The notes beneath the pieces were generated by a model. It ran no database searches and was not told the origin of the DNA. It worked only from the letters and a program-made list of their open reading frames with translations. Shown piece after piece: positions 19,587-29,169 of a stretch of DNA of 64,000 bases. The stretch is taken from contig OZ243961.1 in the NCBI GenBank assembly GCA_965214605.1, positions 2,464,001-2,528,000 of the forward strand. Direction: 5' to 3'. Each line of letters starts with the position of its first letter. Position 1 is the first letter of the stretch. The position numbers were made by a program, and so were the translations under genes. Source of the DNA: an uncultured Candidatus Binatia bacterium. GTDB taxonomy: Bacteria; Desulfobacterota; Binatia; Bin18.

Positions 19587-20258
19587 TCATGGGTCTGTTC
19601 GCTGGCGAACCTGCACTGTGTCTCCGGTTTGAACTAGAACTGTATGGGCCATGTCGATGAATAGGCCGGTGCCCACAATCCCAGGAACAGCTAACAACCT
19701 CTGTTCCCAGGCCGCCGGGGAGGGAAGCGGTGGGATGCGACAGTCCACGATGTAATTGTCGTTGTCGGTGGTAAAGGGCATGCCGTTTTCTTCGCGCAGC
19801 CGTGGCTGCCACCCGAATTCGTCCAGCAGACGCAAACACAGGGCAGTACCAAAGGGCAGCACTTCGATCGGTAGTCTGCCGCGCGAGCCAAGGACCGGCA
19901 CGAGCTTCTCTTGTCCAACTAGAATGACGAAACGTTTGGCTGAGGCAGCAACAATTTTTTCTCGGACCAGCGCTCCGCCATAGCCCTTGATCAGCTGGAG
20001 CGATGGATCGACTTCGTCCGCTCCATCAACCGCAATATCAATCTGGTCAACCTCATCTGGTTGACATAATGGAATCCCAAGGCTGTAGGCCAAGGCGGCC
20101 GTTGTCTGTGAGGTTGGAATCCCCTGTATCTGGAAGCCTGCCTGGACACGGGCACCTAGGGCACCAACAAAATTTCTCGCCGCGCGACCTGAGCCTAGCC
20201 CGACGATATCCCCGTCATGAATAAAGCTGAGCACGTGTTCGGCAATGCTTGTTGCCAT
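19587..20258 (-). CDS. rpiA: Ribose-5-phosphate isomerase A
   Basis: VGLGSG, DGADEVD, IKGYGGALVREK, TDNDNYIVD. Confidence 0.95.
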   Translation of the reverse strand: MATSIAEHVLSFIHDGDIVGLGSGRAARNFVGALGARVQAGFQIQGIPTSQTTAALAYSLGIPLCQPDEVDQIDIAVDGADEVDPSLQLIKGYGGALVREKIVAASAKRFVILVGQEKLVPVLGSRGRLPIEVLPFGTALCLRLLDEFGWQPRLREENGMPFTTDNDNYIVDCRIPPLPSPAAWEQRLLAVPGIVGTGLFIDMAHTVLVQTGDTVQVRQRTDP

Positions 20259-20269
20259 ATCGCGTCATC

Positions 20270-23155
20270 CTACGCCATCGCACGCTGGGCTATGGCTTGG
20301 AGATGAGCCAAGCCCGCTTGGACATCTGGACCAAGATGAATATGGACGAGCCGTCTGCCGCGTTCAGTCAGTACCTTAGCGTCGCCCTGGGCTTGAGCAT
20401 TCTTTAGCACGCCAAAACTGTAGGCCTGGCCGGGGATTGCGATATCCGGATTATCGTCGGCCGTGAGTTGGAGAAAGACCCCGGTGTCAGGCCCGCCTTT
20501 GTGCAACTGGCCCGTTGAGTGTAAGAAGCGCGGTCCATAGCCGAGTGTAGTGGCAACCCGTTTTTTGTCACGAATGGTCTGGCGGAGCTTCTGCAGTATT
20601 CGGTCGTTGGCCGGACTCATGTCTAGATAAGCGTTAATGGCCAGATAGTCTCCGGCCCGAAGTCGATTTAGATGGACGGCCAAGGCTGCTTCCAGGGTCC
20701 GGCCTGTGGCTACGGATAGGAGGGCGCCGGCATTTCGCGCGTCGGCAAACAGCTTGAGCTTCGCGTCCTCAAGCAAAGCCGACCCGCCGGGCAGAGCGCC
20801 GCGTTCCTGGTAGGTGGCCATCAGGATATGAGTCGTCTGCTTACTGGCCTCGACATCGGGCTGGTTGAAGGGATGAATGGCTAAGATCGAGCTAGCCACC
20901 GCAGTGGCAATTTCCCAGCGAAAGAACTCTTGGCCGAGGTCAATAGTCTCTTCAAGTGTAATCCGGACTAGCGCATGGCCAGCGCTCTCTAAGGCATCTA
21001 CCGCCGCATCCTGTTCGGCAGAGGGGGCCGTGTTTAAGCGGATATAGACAAACAGTCGGTCATGGCCATACACCTCAGGCGGGCCGATCTGTTCTCCATC
21101 AATCGGAATCAAGCCCCGACCGTTTTTACCAGTGGACTCTGCAACGAGTTGTTCCAACCAAGTCCCCAGGCTACCTATTGTCGGTGAGGTGATGAACGTT
21201 ACCTTGTCTCGGCCCTGCTGGCCGAGCGTGCCCAAGATGATCCCTAGGCTGACGCCGGGGTTGGCATCGGGCGGAACGCTGGCGGCGCAGGATTGGACCA
21301 TTCGCGTTGCGCTATTGAGAAAGTCCTCAACATCGAGTCCCATCAGAGCAGCCGGTAGCAAACCAAACGGCGACAGGGCAGAGAAACGTCCACCTATACT
21401 GGGAAGACCATGGACAATGTGACGAAAGCCTTCTTCCTTGGCCAGGTGGTGGAGTGCGGTCTCAGGGTCGGTAATGGCAATGAAACGACTCCCGATCAGT
21501 TCTGGACCTATGGCGCCTTGTATCGTGTCGGCAAAGTAGTGTTTGAGGACCTGCGGCTCGATAGTCCCGCCCGATTTTGAGGACACAATACACACGGTTC
21601 GAGCCAGGTCTACACGTTCGACAGTCGCCTGAACTTGGGCAGGGACGATCGAATCAAGCACGTGCAGCTCAGGAAAGCCATCCTGCTTGCCAAAAGTCGC
21701 CTGTAGGACGTTGGGGCACAGACTTGAGCCACCTATCCCGAGCAGCACAAGGTGGCGGATGTCACTGGTGCACAGGTCATCGGCAATCCGCTGTAGACCT
21801 GCAAGCTGTTCACGCTGCTGCTCAACGATCGACAACCAACCTAACCACCGGTCCTCGTCTGTCCCCGACCATAGTGAGGTATCGCCCTGCCATAAGCGGC
21901 GGACTTTACCCGAGGTTCGCCACTTCTTGAGTTCTGCTTTAACCTCCGCACTCGCTTCTCCGAGCGTGTAGTCTTGCTTGGCCAGCCTCGTTCCCAGCAG
22001 GACTTGGCGTTTATGTTCTATGGTACTCAGTAAGGCATCGAACGGATCTCCAAACTTCTTGACCCCGTCAGCTAACAGCTGATCGGTTGCTTCTTGCAGC
22101 GAAATGCCGAGCTGATGCAAAGTCTTGAGCCTGGCCCGTGCCTGCTCAAGCCCGTCAGACCAGTTTTCGGTCAGACGGGTCTGTGGCTGACCGCCCTGAC
22201 GAAACGCCCTCAGTGTCTCATCCGGCAGAGTGTTGACCGTATCCGGGCCGATCAGCTCATCAACATACATAGTCTTCGGATAGGCTGGATTCTTGGTACT
22301 CGTGCTGGCCCACAGCAGGCGTTGGGGACTGGCCCCTAGGTTAGCCAGGCTTTGCCAGCGCGGACTGGCTATGATCTCTTGGTAGGTGGCATAGGCGGTC
22401 TTGGCATTGGCAATCGCCACGGTGCCGAGCAAGCCCTCGATTTGGGCTTGCTGGTCCGGATCCTTGGTAGCGGCGAGGGCCGTATTCAGCTGCTCATCAA
22501 TCAGGGAATCGAGTCGACTGACAAAAAAGCTGGCCACGCTGCTGACCTTGTCCAGGTCTCCACCGCTGGCATGCAACCGCTCCAAACCGGTCATATAGGC
22601 GGTGGTAACCGCCTCATACACGTCTACAGCAAACAGCAGGGTGACATTGATGTTGGTGCCTTCGCTGATAAGCTGAGTGATGGCCGGAATACCGGCCTGG
22701 GTGGCCGGGACTTTGATCATAACGTTCTCACGGTCGATCACCGATCGTAGCCGCCGGGCCTCTTCGATCGTCCCGCGTGTATCATGAGCTAAATGGGGCG
22801 AGACCTCAAAACTCACATAGCCATCTCGACGGTTTGTGGCGTGGTAAATTGGGGCTAAGACATCGGCGGCCATCTGAATATCTTGGATAGCCAACCGTTC
22901 ATAAATGTCTTTGCTTATTCCAATCCCCTGTTCAACCAAGGCCCGCATGTCCTGGTCGTAATCTGCGCTATTAGACAACGCTTTCTCGAAAATCGCCGGG
23001 TTGGAGGTCACTCCGCGCACACCGTCGTGTTCGACTAAAGCTCGTAGTTCGCCCGATGTAATTAGGCTCCGCCGGATATTATCGTACCAAATGCTCTGGC
23101 CGAGTTGATGGGCCGCCAGCAGCGGATTTTCCATGCTCTTCCTATCTTCAGCCAC
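20270..23155 (-). CDS. Bifunctional transaldolase / glucose-6-phosphate isomerase
   Basis: N-terminal GVTSNPAIF, MIKVPAT, ASFFVSR, LWASTSTK; C-terminal GIGGSSL, SSKSGGTIE, GGRFS, PFNQPDVE, HSTGQLHKGG. Confidence 0.95.
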   Translation of the reverse strand: MAEDRKSMENPLLAAHQLGQSIWYDNIRRSLITSGELRALVEHDGVRGVTSNPAIFEKALSNSADYDQDMRALVEQGIGISKDIYERLAIQDIQMAADVLAPIYHATNRRDGYVSFEVSPHLAHDTRGTIEEARRLRSVIDRENVMIKVPATQAGIPAITQLISEGTNINVTLLFAVDVYEAVTTAYMTGLERLHASGGDLDKVSSVASFFVSRLDSLIDEQLNTALAATKDPDQQAQIEGLLGTVAIANAKTAYATYQEIIASPRWQSLANLGASPQRLLWASTSTKNPAYPKTMYVDELIGPDTVNTLPDETLRAFRQGGQPQTRLTENWSDGLEQARARLKTLHQLGISLQEATDQLLADGVKKFGDPFDALLSTIEHKRQVLLGTRLAKQDYTLGEASAEVKAELKKWRTSGKVRRLWQGDTSLWSGTDEDRWLGWLSIVEQQREQLAGLQRIADDLCTSDIRHLVLLGIGGSSLCPNVLQATFGKQDGFPELHVLDSIVPAQVQATVERVDLARTVCIVSSKSGGTIEPQVLKHYFADTIQGAIGPELIGSRFIAITDPETALHHLAKEEGFRHIVHGLPSIGGRFSALSPFGLLPAALMGLDVEDFLNSATRMVQSCAASVPPDANPGVSLGIILGTLGQQGRDKVTFITSPTIGSLGTWLEQLVAESTGKNGRGLIPIDGEQIGPPEVYGHDRLFVYIRLNTAPSAEQDAAVDALESAGHALVRITLEETIDLGQEFFRWEIATAVASSILAIHPFNQPDVEASKQTTHILMATYQERGALPGGSALLEDAKLKLFADARNAGALLSVATGRTLEAALAVHLNRLRAGDYLAINAYLDMSPANDRILQKLRQTIRDKKRVATTLGYGPRFLHSTGQLHKGGPDTGVFLQLTADDNPDIAIPGQAYSFGVLKNAQAQGDAKVLTERGRRLVHIHLGPDVQAGLAHLQAIAQRAMA

Positions 23156-23178
23156 GTGTCTGGATCTGAACGGTTCGT

Positions 23179-23661
23179 TCAGTTATCCCTTACCGCACCT
23201 GCTCTCACCGCACAATCCTGCTCGGTGGGTGAGACCGACTGTGGACGGTCTCGTTCGGTGTCAACAATGCAGAAAAATCCAAACGGGTCATCTCCCAGGG
23301 CGAGAAATTGGTGCGGTGTCCATGGTGCGACATACACCGTGTCGAACGGCTGCATCTCGTGGCTGGTCGCACCGAGAATCGCTTTGCCTCGACCGCGTAT
23401 GGCAATCACCACATGCGCGTGGTGGTGTTTTTCCAAACTAGAGTACCCGCCTGGGGAGATCTCAAAATAACGCAGCTGAAAATGGGTGATTTCTGAGCCG
23501 TTGCCAACAAGGACCTGACGGATGATGCTCCGCCACTCACGTCCGGCCTCTTGGCCGGATTTATACGCTTCCAACTGAACGCCGTCCCATCCATAGCCCT
23601 CGCCTGATAGGTCACTCGCTCGGCGGGTATGAAAACGGGACAAACGGGTCGGTGATGCCAT
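23179..23661 (-). CDS. Cupin domain protein resembling the R. rubrum MTXu-5-P methylsulfurylase family
   Basis: WDGVQLEAYK, RQVL, RYFEISPGGYSSLEKHHHAH, PHQF, GFFCIVD..RDRP. Confidence 0.8.
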   Translation of the reverse strand: MASPTRLSRFHTRRASDLSGEGYGWDGVQLEAYKSGQEAGREWRSIIRQVLVGNGSEITHFQLRYFEISPGGYSSLEKHHHAHVVIAIRGRGKAILGATSHEMQPFDTVYVAPWTPHQFLALGDDPFGFFCIVDTERDRPQSVSPTEQDCAVRAGAVRDN

Positions 23662-23670
23662 ACCGCACCT

Positions 23671-24696
23671 TTATGGAAACTCGATAATCGTTTTCAGCGA
23701 ATCCTGTGCCGCTGCGGCGTTTTGATATGCCTCATGGAGCGCGGCAAAGGGGAATCGGTGGGTGATGAACCGCTCGGACTGAATAACGCCGTCAGCGATA
23801 AGCTGTAAAGCTTTACGGGTATCATTTGGTCCGCACGAATAGCTGGGAATGAGACTAATTTCGTTAAAATACAGCTCGTACGGCGCTATCTCCATCCTGG
23901 CCTCGGGCTGGCTGGTGGTGAAGAGCAACACTGTTCCACCCTTGGCCGCGCAGCGGATACCCAGCTGCATCGCCTCGACCGTGCCTGGACCAACAATAAC
24001 GAGCTCAGCCATCTCGCCTTTGGTATAGCCTCGAACTGCGTCTTCGACCGGACCGTTGGCTGGGTCAAACACCACGTCCGCCCCGAGTTCAAGGGCTTTA
24101 TCCCGACGGTAGGCAACAAAATCGGTTCCCATAATTGTGCCCGCACCACCATGCCGGGCCAGGGCGACATTGAGTTGACCCATAATGCCGAGGCCAATCA
24201 CACATACACTCTCTCCGGCCTGGAGCCGAGCGCGACGCAGAGCTTTTACTGCACAAGCCGTCGGTTCAATCAGGGAGCCATCGGCAAACGATATGTCGGT
24301 AGGAAGACGCAGGCAGTCACCCGATAAGTTTTCTTTAGGAACCAGGAAATACTCAGCCATACCACCGGGAATAATACGCGATGCACGCCAGGTCAGGCAC
24401 TGTACAAAGTCGCCCCGCAGACAGGTGCGACAGCCAAAGCACGGCGTGTGGTGATGGATAAAGACCCGATCGCCAGGCTGAAAATCTGAAACGTCCGGCC
24501 CAACCTCAACAATTTCTCCGGTCGGCTCGTGGCCAAACACGACGGGAGCTTTCTTTTCGATATACCAGGCCATCACGTCACCCGAGCAGATGCCACAGGC
24601 TCGGGTTCTGACCAGGGCTTGGCCTGATCCGATTCTAGGAATAGGCTCTTCCTCAAAGCGGATATCGTGGGCCGTGTACAGCCGGGCGACTTTCAT
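23671..24696 (-). CDS. Zn-dependent MDR dehydrogenase (polyol/L-iditol DH-like)
   Basis: CGICSGD, GHE, C..C..C...C structural Zn site, IGLGIMG Rossmann motif; ATGA overlap with hpnH stop. Confidence 0.9.
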   Translation of the reverse strand: MKVARLYTAHDIRFEEEPIPRIGSGQALVRTRACGICSGDVMAWYIEKKAPVVFGHEPTGEIVEVGPDVSDFQPGDRVFIHHHTPCFGCRTCLRGDFVQCLTWRASRIIPGGMAEYFLVPKENLSGDCLRLPTDISFADGSLIEPTACAVKALRRARLQAGESVCVIGLGIMGQLNVALARHGGAGTIMGTDFVAYRRDKALELGADVVFDPANGPVEDAVRGYTKGEMAELVIVGPGTVEAMQLGIRCAAKGGTVLLFTTSQPEARMEIAPYELYFNEISLIPSYSCGPNDTRKALQLIADGVIQSERFITHRFPFAALHEAYQNAAAAQDSLKTIIEFP

Positions 24697-25691
24697 GCCG
24701 ACAGCATCCACTTGGCCATAGTCAACACGTCTCTAGGGCTTTCGGTCAGCTTGCGGACCACCGAGGCTTCGAAGCCCGAGTGCATAAAGCAGTTCTGACA
24801 CAGATTGTCCTCGCGCTTCTCCCAATAATCCCAATCTACCCCGTTCCAGAACTCATCCCAGGTCTGGAAGTAGTGTTTGCCGATCAGATAGCATGGGTCT
24901 TTCCAGCCAAACGGCGTGCGGGTGACATTGCCCCACGGCGTACACGGATAGTCACGCTTGCCAGCCGCAAACTCCAGGAACAGCGGGGTGAGGGAAATGG
25001 GATAGCGCTTGGACAGGTCCAGGACTGTCTCGAACTTGCGATGGATCTCATCGCGGTACAGAAAGTGATCTTGGGCGACCTTCTCATAGTGATAGCCGGG
25101 TGAAATCATCAGGCCGTCAACGCCTAACCCGGTCAGCAGCTCGCACATCTGTTCGATCTCGTCCATACTGGTCTCGCGGAAGATGGTTGTGTTGGTACAT
25201 ACCGAGTAGCCGAGCTGCTTGCCACGTTTAATCATAGCAATGGCCTGGTCAAAAACGCCCTCCCGAGCACACACAAAGTCGTGCGTTTCTCGTAACCCGT
25301 CGAGATGCACGTTGATGGACAGGCGTTTGTGGGGAGCGCTCTTGGTGTAGAAGCGGTCCAGCAACAGGCCGTTGGTACACAGGTAGACATGCCGTTTGCG
25401 GCTGATGATGCCGGCTACCAGCTCTGGCAACTCAGGATAGATCGTCGGCTCACCGCCACAGATTGAGACGACTGGAGCGCCGGCCTCATCGACCGCTTGC
25501 AGACTTTGTTCTAAGCTCAAACGATCTTTGATATCGCCCATGTGGCGTTCCGGGGTACAACCAACGCAGGCCAGATTGCATGTGTAGAGTGGTTCTAGCA
25601 TAAGGACGACCGGATAGCGCTGTCTGCCTCGCAACTTGTTCTTGAGCTGCCATTTGAGCATATCTGTGGTGATGTGTAGCGGAAACCGCAT
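24693..25691 (-). CDS. hpnH: Adenosyl-hopene transferase, radical SAM
   Basis: RYPVVLMLEPLYTCNLACVGC, GAPVVSICGGEP, CTPWGN, PCYL, CQNCFMHSGFE. Confidence 0.9.
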   Translation of the reverse strand: MRFPLHITTDMLKWQLKNKLRGRQRYPVVLMLEPLYTCNLACVGCTPERHMGDIKDRLSLEQSLQAVDEAGAPVVSICGGEPTIYPELPELVAGIISRKRHVYLCTNGLLLDRFYTKSAPHKRLSINVHLDGLRETHDFVCAREGVFDQAIAMIKRGKQLGYSVCTNTTIFRETSMDEIEQMCELLTGLGVDGLMISPGYHYEKVAQDHFLYRDEIHRKFETVLDLSKRYPISLTPLFLEFAAGKRDYPCTPWGNVTRTPFGWKDPCYLIGKHYFQTWDEFWNGVDWDYWEKREDNLCQNCFMHSGFEASVVRKLTESPRDVLTMAKWMLSA

Positions 25692-25812
25692 CCTCTTCTC
25701 TCCCTGAGCTTGTACTTAATCCATACTATCGGTGCTGGCTCAATCTGGCAAGAGAACCGCCCTCCAGGAGATCATGCTTTACAAGACCGAATAGCTTGGT
25801 CACAATAACTAC

Positions 25813-26100
25813 ATGGCACGCAAACGGCCAAAGGCCGCCGCCCTGCTCCAAGAACTCAAGACGCTGGCTAAGCGGCGGGGGATTCAGATCCGCGAAGAAA
25901 AGCTGCTCGGCGGGGTTGGCTATCGGGTCCGGGGCGGGAGCTGTCGGGTGTACGGCAAAGACACTGTGTTTCTGGACCGGAACAGGCCGCTGGCCGAAAG
26001 AGTAGAGGTGCTGTTCGATGAACTGCGCGGGCAGAACATCAAGACCGACAGCCTTTCCCCGTCCCTGCCCCACATGCTACACGGAGGAGTCGTGCTGTGA
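25813..26100 (+). CDS. Small conserved-looking hypothetical protein
   Basis: IQIREEKL..VGYRVRGGSCRV..VFLDR; GTGA overlap with the Fur gene. Confidence 0.65.
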   Translation: MARKRPKAAALLQELKTLAKRRGIQIREEKLLGGVGYRVRGGSCRVYGKDTVFLDRNRPLAERVEVLFDELRGQNIKTDSLSPSLPHMLHGGVVL

Positions 26101-26561
26101 CAGATCGACTTGAAACCTTTCACCAGTGGATCAAAGAACGGGGCTTGAAGGCAACCGCTCAGCGTGACGATATTGCACAGGTCTTCTTTGCCTCCGACCG
26201 GCATATCAGTGTGGAAGAGCTGTGTAGCGAAGTCCGCCATATCAATCCACGCGTGGGCTACGCCACTGTCTATCGGACCCTCAAACTGCTTAAGGAGTGT
26301 GGTCTGGCCGCGGAGCGTCATTTTGCCGACGGCCAGGCGCGCTTTGAGAAAGTCGAAGAAGAGCGCCACCACGATCATCTGATCTGCGAGCGCTGTGGTC
26401 GTATTATCGAGTTTATGGATCCGGACATTGAGACTCTCCAAGAGGAGATGGCCCATCGCTTCGGTTTTGTGGCCACTAGCCACAAGATGGAGATCTACGG
26501 TATCTGTCAGGAGTGTCGTGAGGGTCGCCTGACCACGAATGAGCGACGACCGCCGGTCTAG
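26097..26561 (+). CDS. Fur family transcriptional regulator
   Basis: GLKATAQR, ATVYRTLKLL, HHDHLICERCG, GICQEC. Confidence 0.93.
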   Translation: MTDRLETFHQWIKERGLKATAQRDDIAQVFFASDRHISVEELCSEVRHINPRVGYATVYRTLKLLKECGLAAERHFADGQARFEKVEEERHHDHLICERCGRIIEFMDPDIETLQEEMAHRFGFVATSHKMEIYGICQECREGRLTTNERRPPV

Positions 26562-27334
26562 ACCGGGAGCCGGAACAGCTTCTGGGTATTCTTGGTCGTT
26601 GCCTCGGCGATAGTGGTAAGTGAACTATCTTTCACCTGGGCTAGCGTTCGTGCCACCTGGACGACATAGGCCGGTTCATTCCGCTGGCCACGGTGCGGAA
26701 CAGGGGCCAGATAGGGGCTGTCTGTTTCTAGTAGCAGCCGCTCAAGCGGTACCTGACGGGCTACCTCACGCAGGGCCCGGGCGCTTTTAAACGTGACAAT
26801 ACCGCTAAACGAAATATACAGGCCGAGCTCAAGCAGGGGCTGGACTTCTTGGGTGGTACCGGTAAAGCAGTGTATCACTCCGCGCAGCTGCCCGCCGCCC
26901 TCTTCCTGCAGCAGCTGGGCGGCTTCGCTGTAAGCGTCGCGGACGTGTATAGATAGGGGGAGGTCAAGCTCTCGAGCTAAATGAATAAACGCCCGAAAGT
27001 GCTTGCGTTGGTCCTCGCGCGGGGAGTGAGCGTAGTAAAAATCCAGCCCAGTCTCACCAAGTCCGACGACTTTCGGCTGTCGGGCTTGGGCGCGTAATTG
27101 CGTATAAGTCTCCGGCGTAATCGTTTTGGCGCCGTGGGGATGGACGCCGATCACGGCAAAGGTATCGGGCTGTTGACGGGCTAAGGCCAATGCCTTTTCA
27201 TTATGAACGAAGGTTCTGGTTGCACCGATCACAAGAAAACCCGAGACGCCAGCCGCTCGGGCCCGGTCAAGCAGCGCCGGCCGGTCGGGATCAAACTGTT
27301 CGTCTGTCAGATGGCAGTGTGAGTCGATAAGCAT
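26558..27334 (-). CDS. tatD: TatD family nuclease
   Basis: IDSHCH, GVHPH, GETGLDF, IHCF, LETDSPYLAP. Confidence 0.93.
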   Translation of the reverse strand: MLIDSHCHLTDEQFDPDRPALLDRARAAGVSGFLVIGATRTFVHNEKALALARQQPDTFAVIGVHPHGAKTITPETYTQLRAQARQPKVVGLGETGLDFYYAHSPREDQRKHFRAFIHLARELDLPLSIHVRDAYSEAAQLLQEEGGGQLRGVIHCFTGTTQEVQPLLELGLYISFSGIVTFKSARALREVARQVPLERLLLETDSPYLAPVPHRGQRNEPAYVVQVARTLAQVKDSSLTTIAEATTKNTQKLFRLPV

Positions 27335-27349
27335 GGGATGTGGGACAGT

Positions 27350-29119
27350 CTACTCGGCGTCAGCCTGCCCCTGGAGCTCCTTCTCCGGAACATTTTCGTC
27401 GAGCTTGGTAAATAGCGGCGAGGGGTCCCGCAGAGCTTGCTGCGGCGGTAAGATCGTCGGCTGCCATACGCCCGTCGCTCCACTATGATCGTAGCGCAGG
27501 ACCAGGTGTGAACCCCGCCCGTCCTTGACCTTTTCGGTATACTGGCGACCGAACAGCTGTCCCTCATAGCCCAGCAGTGCGTGGAGCTGTTGACTGGTGT
27601 GGGGTAAAATAGGTGCCCACAGCAGCTTCAACCAATCAATGAGCTGGAGGGCGACATAGATCGTTGTCGCCGCTTGCTGGGAGTCGGACTTGATCGTCTT
27701 CCACGGCGCTTTGTCATGAAAATACAGGTTGGCCCGTTGACTGAGTCGGCGGACTGCATTCAGCGCCAGCTTGAGCTTGACCGCTCCGTACAAATCGCCA
27801 ATGCTCTGAAACCCGGCCTTGATTTCAGCCAAAACGGCCCGGTCGGTGTCGTCCAGCGGGCCCGGCTCAGGGACGAGTCCTTGGAAGCGGGAATTGGCAA
27901 ATCCCAGCACCCGGTTGACCAGATTGCCCCAGTTGGCGACCAGCTCATTGTTAACCCGTTCCACAAAGTCATCCCAGGTAAAGTCAACGTCGTTGCCCTC
28001 CGGTGCTATGGCGGTCAAGGCGTAGCGCCAGGCATCGGCTTGGTAGCGTTCCAGGGCACTGTGGATAGTGATGACATGGCCGCGACTCTTGCTGAACTTA
28101 CGGCCATACATATTGAGGTATTCGTTGGCCGGGACATCGTATGGCAGGTGCAGACCACCGTAGCCAATTAACATCGCCGGCCACATCATGGCGTGGAAGG
28201 GGATATTGTCTTTGCCGATAAAATAGTATGCCCGAGCGTCGGCGTTCACATTCGGGTCCCACCACTCACGCCATTTATCCGGTGTGTTATTCAGCTTGGC
28301 CCACTCGATAGCAGCGCTGAAATAGCCAATCACCGCATCGTACCAGACATAGATACGCTTATCCCCATAGCCGTCGAGTGGAATCGTAATCCCCCACTCT
28401 AAATCACGAGTGATCGGACGACCGCGCAATACCTCTTGTTCGACCTGGGTGCGGGAAAATCGGATGACGTTTGGCCGCCAATGCTTCTTGCTCTGTTGCA
28501 ACCAGTCTCGAAGCGCGGGCTGGAGCTTGCCAAGATCCAGGAAAAAGTGTTTGGTTTGGCGCACCTCGAGGTGAGTATTGCCAGTGATCCGTGAGCGTGG
28601 CTGTTTCAGTTCAATGGCCTCGTAGGTCCGGCCACAGCTGTCACACTGGTCTCCCCGAGCTTCAGGACTGTCGCAAAACGGACACCTGCCCTCGACATAC
28701 CGGTCAGGTAAAAAACGCCTGGCCTCGGGATCGTATAACTGCCGCTGGGTATCGGTGTAGATATAGCGTCGGTCCAGGTGCCGGCGAAACATCTGCTGAG
28801 TCACGTCCCAGTGGTTCTGGGTATCGGTGTGGGTGAACAAATCAAAGGTCAGTCCCAGTTTCTGGTAGCTTTCCACAAAGCCGGCATGAAAGCGCTCGAC
28901 TACAGCGGCCGGACTGCTGCCCTCCGCCTCGGCCCGAACGCTGACCGGCGTCCCATGCGTATCTGAACCACTCACCATTAAGACCTCATTGCCAATCATG
29001 CGCTGGTAGCGCGAAAAGATATCCGGTGGCAAATACGCGCCAGCAATATGACCGATATGTTGCTCGCCGTTAGCATACGGCCAGGCAACACCAACGAGAA
29101 TTTTCCGTGACTGGCTCAT
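27350..29119 (-). CDS. metG: Methionine--tRNA ligase
   Basis: [47 protein letters not shown]. Confidence 0.96.
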   Translation of the reverse strand: MSQSRKILVGVAWPYANGEQHIGHIAGAYLPPDIFSRYQRMIGNEVLMVSGSDTHGTPVSVRAEAEGSSPAAVVERFHAGFVESYQKLGLTFDLFTHTDTQNHWDVTQQMFRRHLDRRYIYTDTQRQLYDPEARRFLPDRYVEGRCPFCDSPEARGDQCDSCGRTYEAIELKQPRSRITGNTHLEVRQTKHFFLDLGKLQPALRDWLQQSKKHWRPNVIRFSRTQVEQEVLRGRPITRDLEWGITIPLDGYGDKRIYVWYDAVIGYFSAAIEWAKLNNTPDKWREWWDPNVNADARAYYFIGKDNIPFHAMMWPAMLIGYGGLHLPYDVPANEYLNMYGRKFSKSRGHVITIHSALERYQADAWRYALTAIAPEGNDVDFTWDDFVERVNNELVANWGNLVNRVLGFANSRFQGLVPEPGPLDDTDRAVLAEIKAGFQSIGDLYGAVKLKLALNAVRRLSQRANLYFHDKAPWKTIKSDSQQAATTIYVALQLIDWLKLLWAPILPHTSQQLHALLGYEGQLFGRQYTEKVKDGRGSHLVLRYDHSGATGVWQPTILPPQQALRDPSPLFTKLDENVPEKELQGQADAE

Positions 29120-29169
29120 GTCTTTCTCCTAAAAAGGCGAACGACGCTCTCTTCTTGCTCTATTGGCCC

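Noticed and set aside
20270-23155. Tal-Pgi fusion as a novelty
   Set aside because: A known bifunctional family
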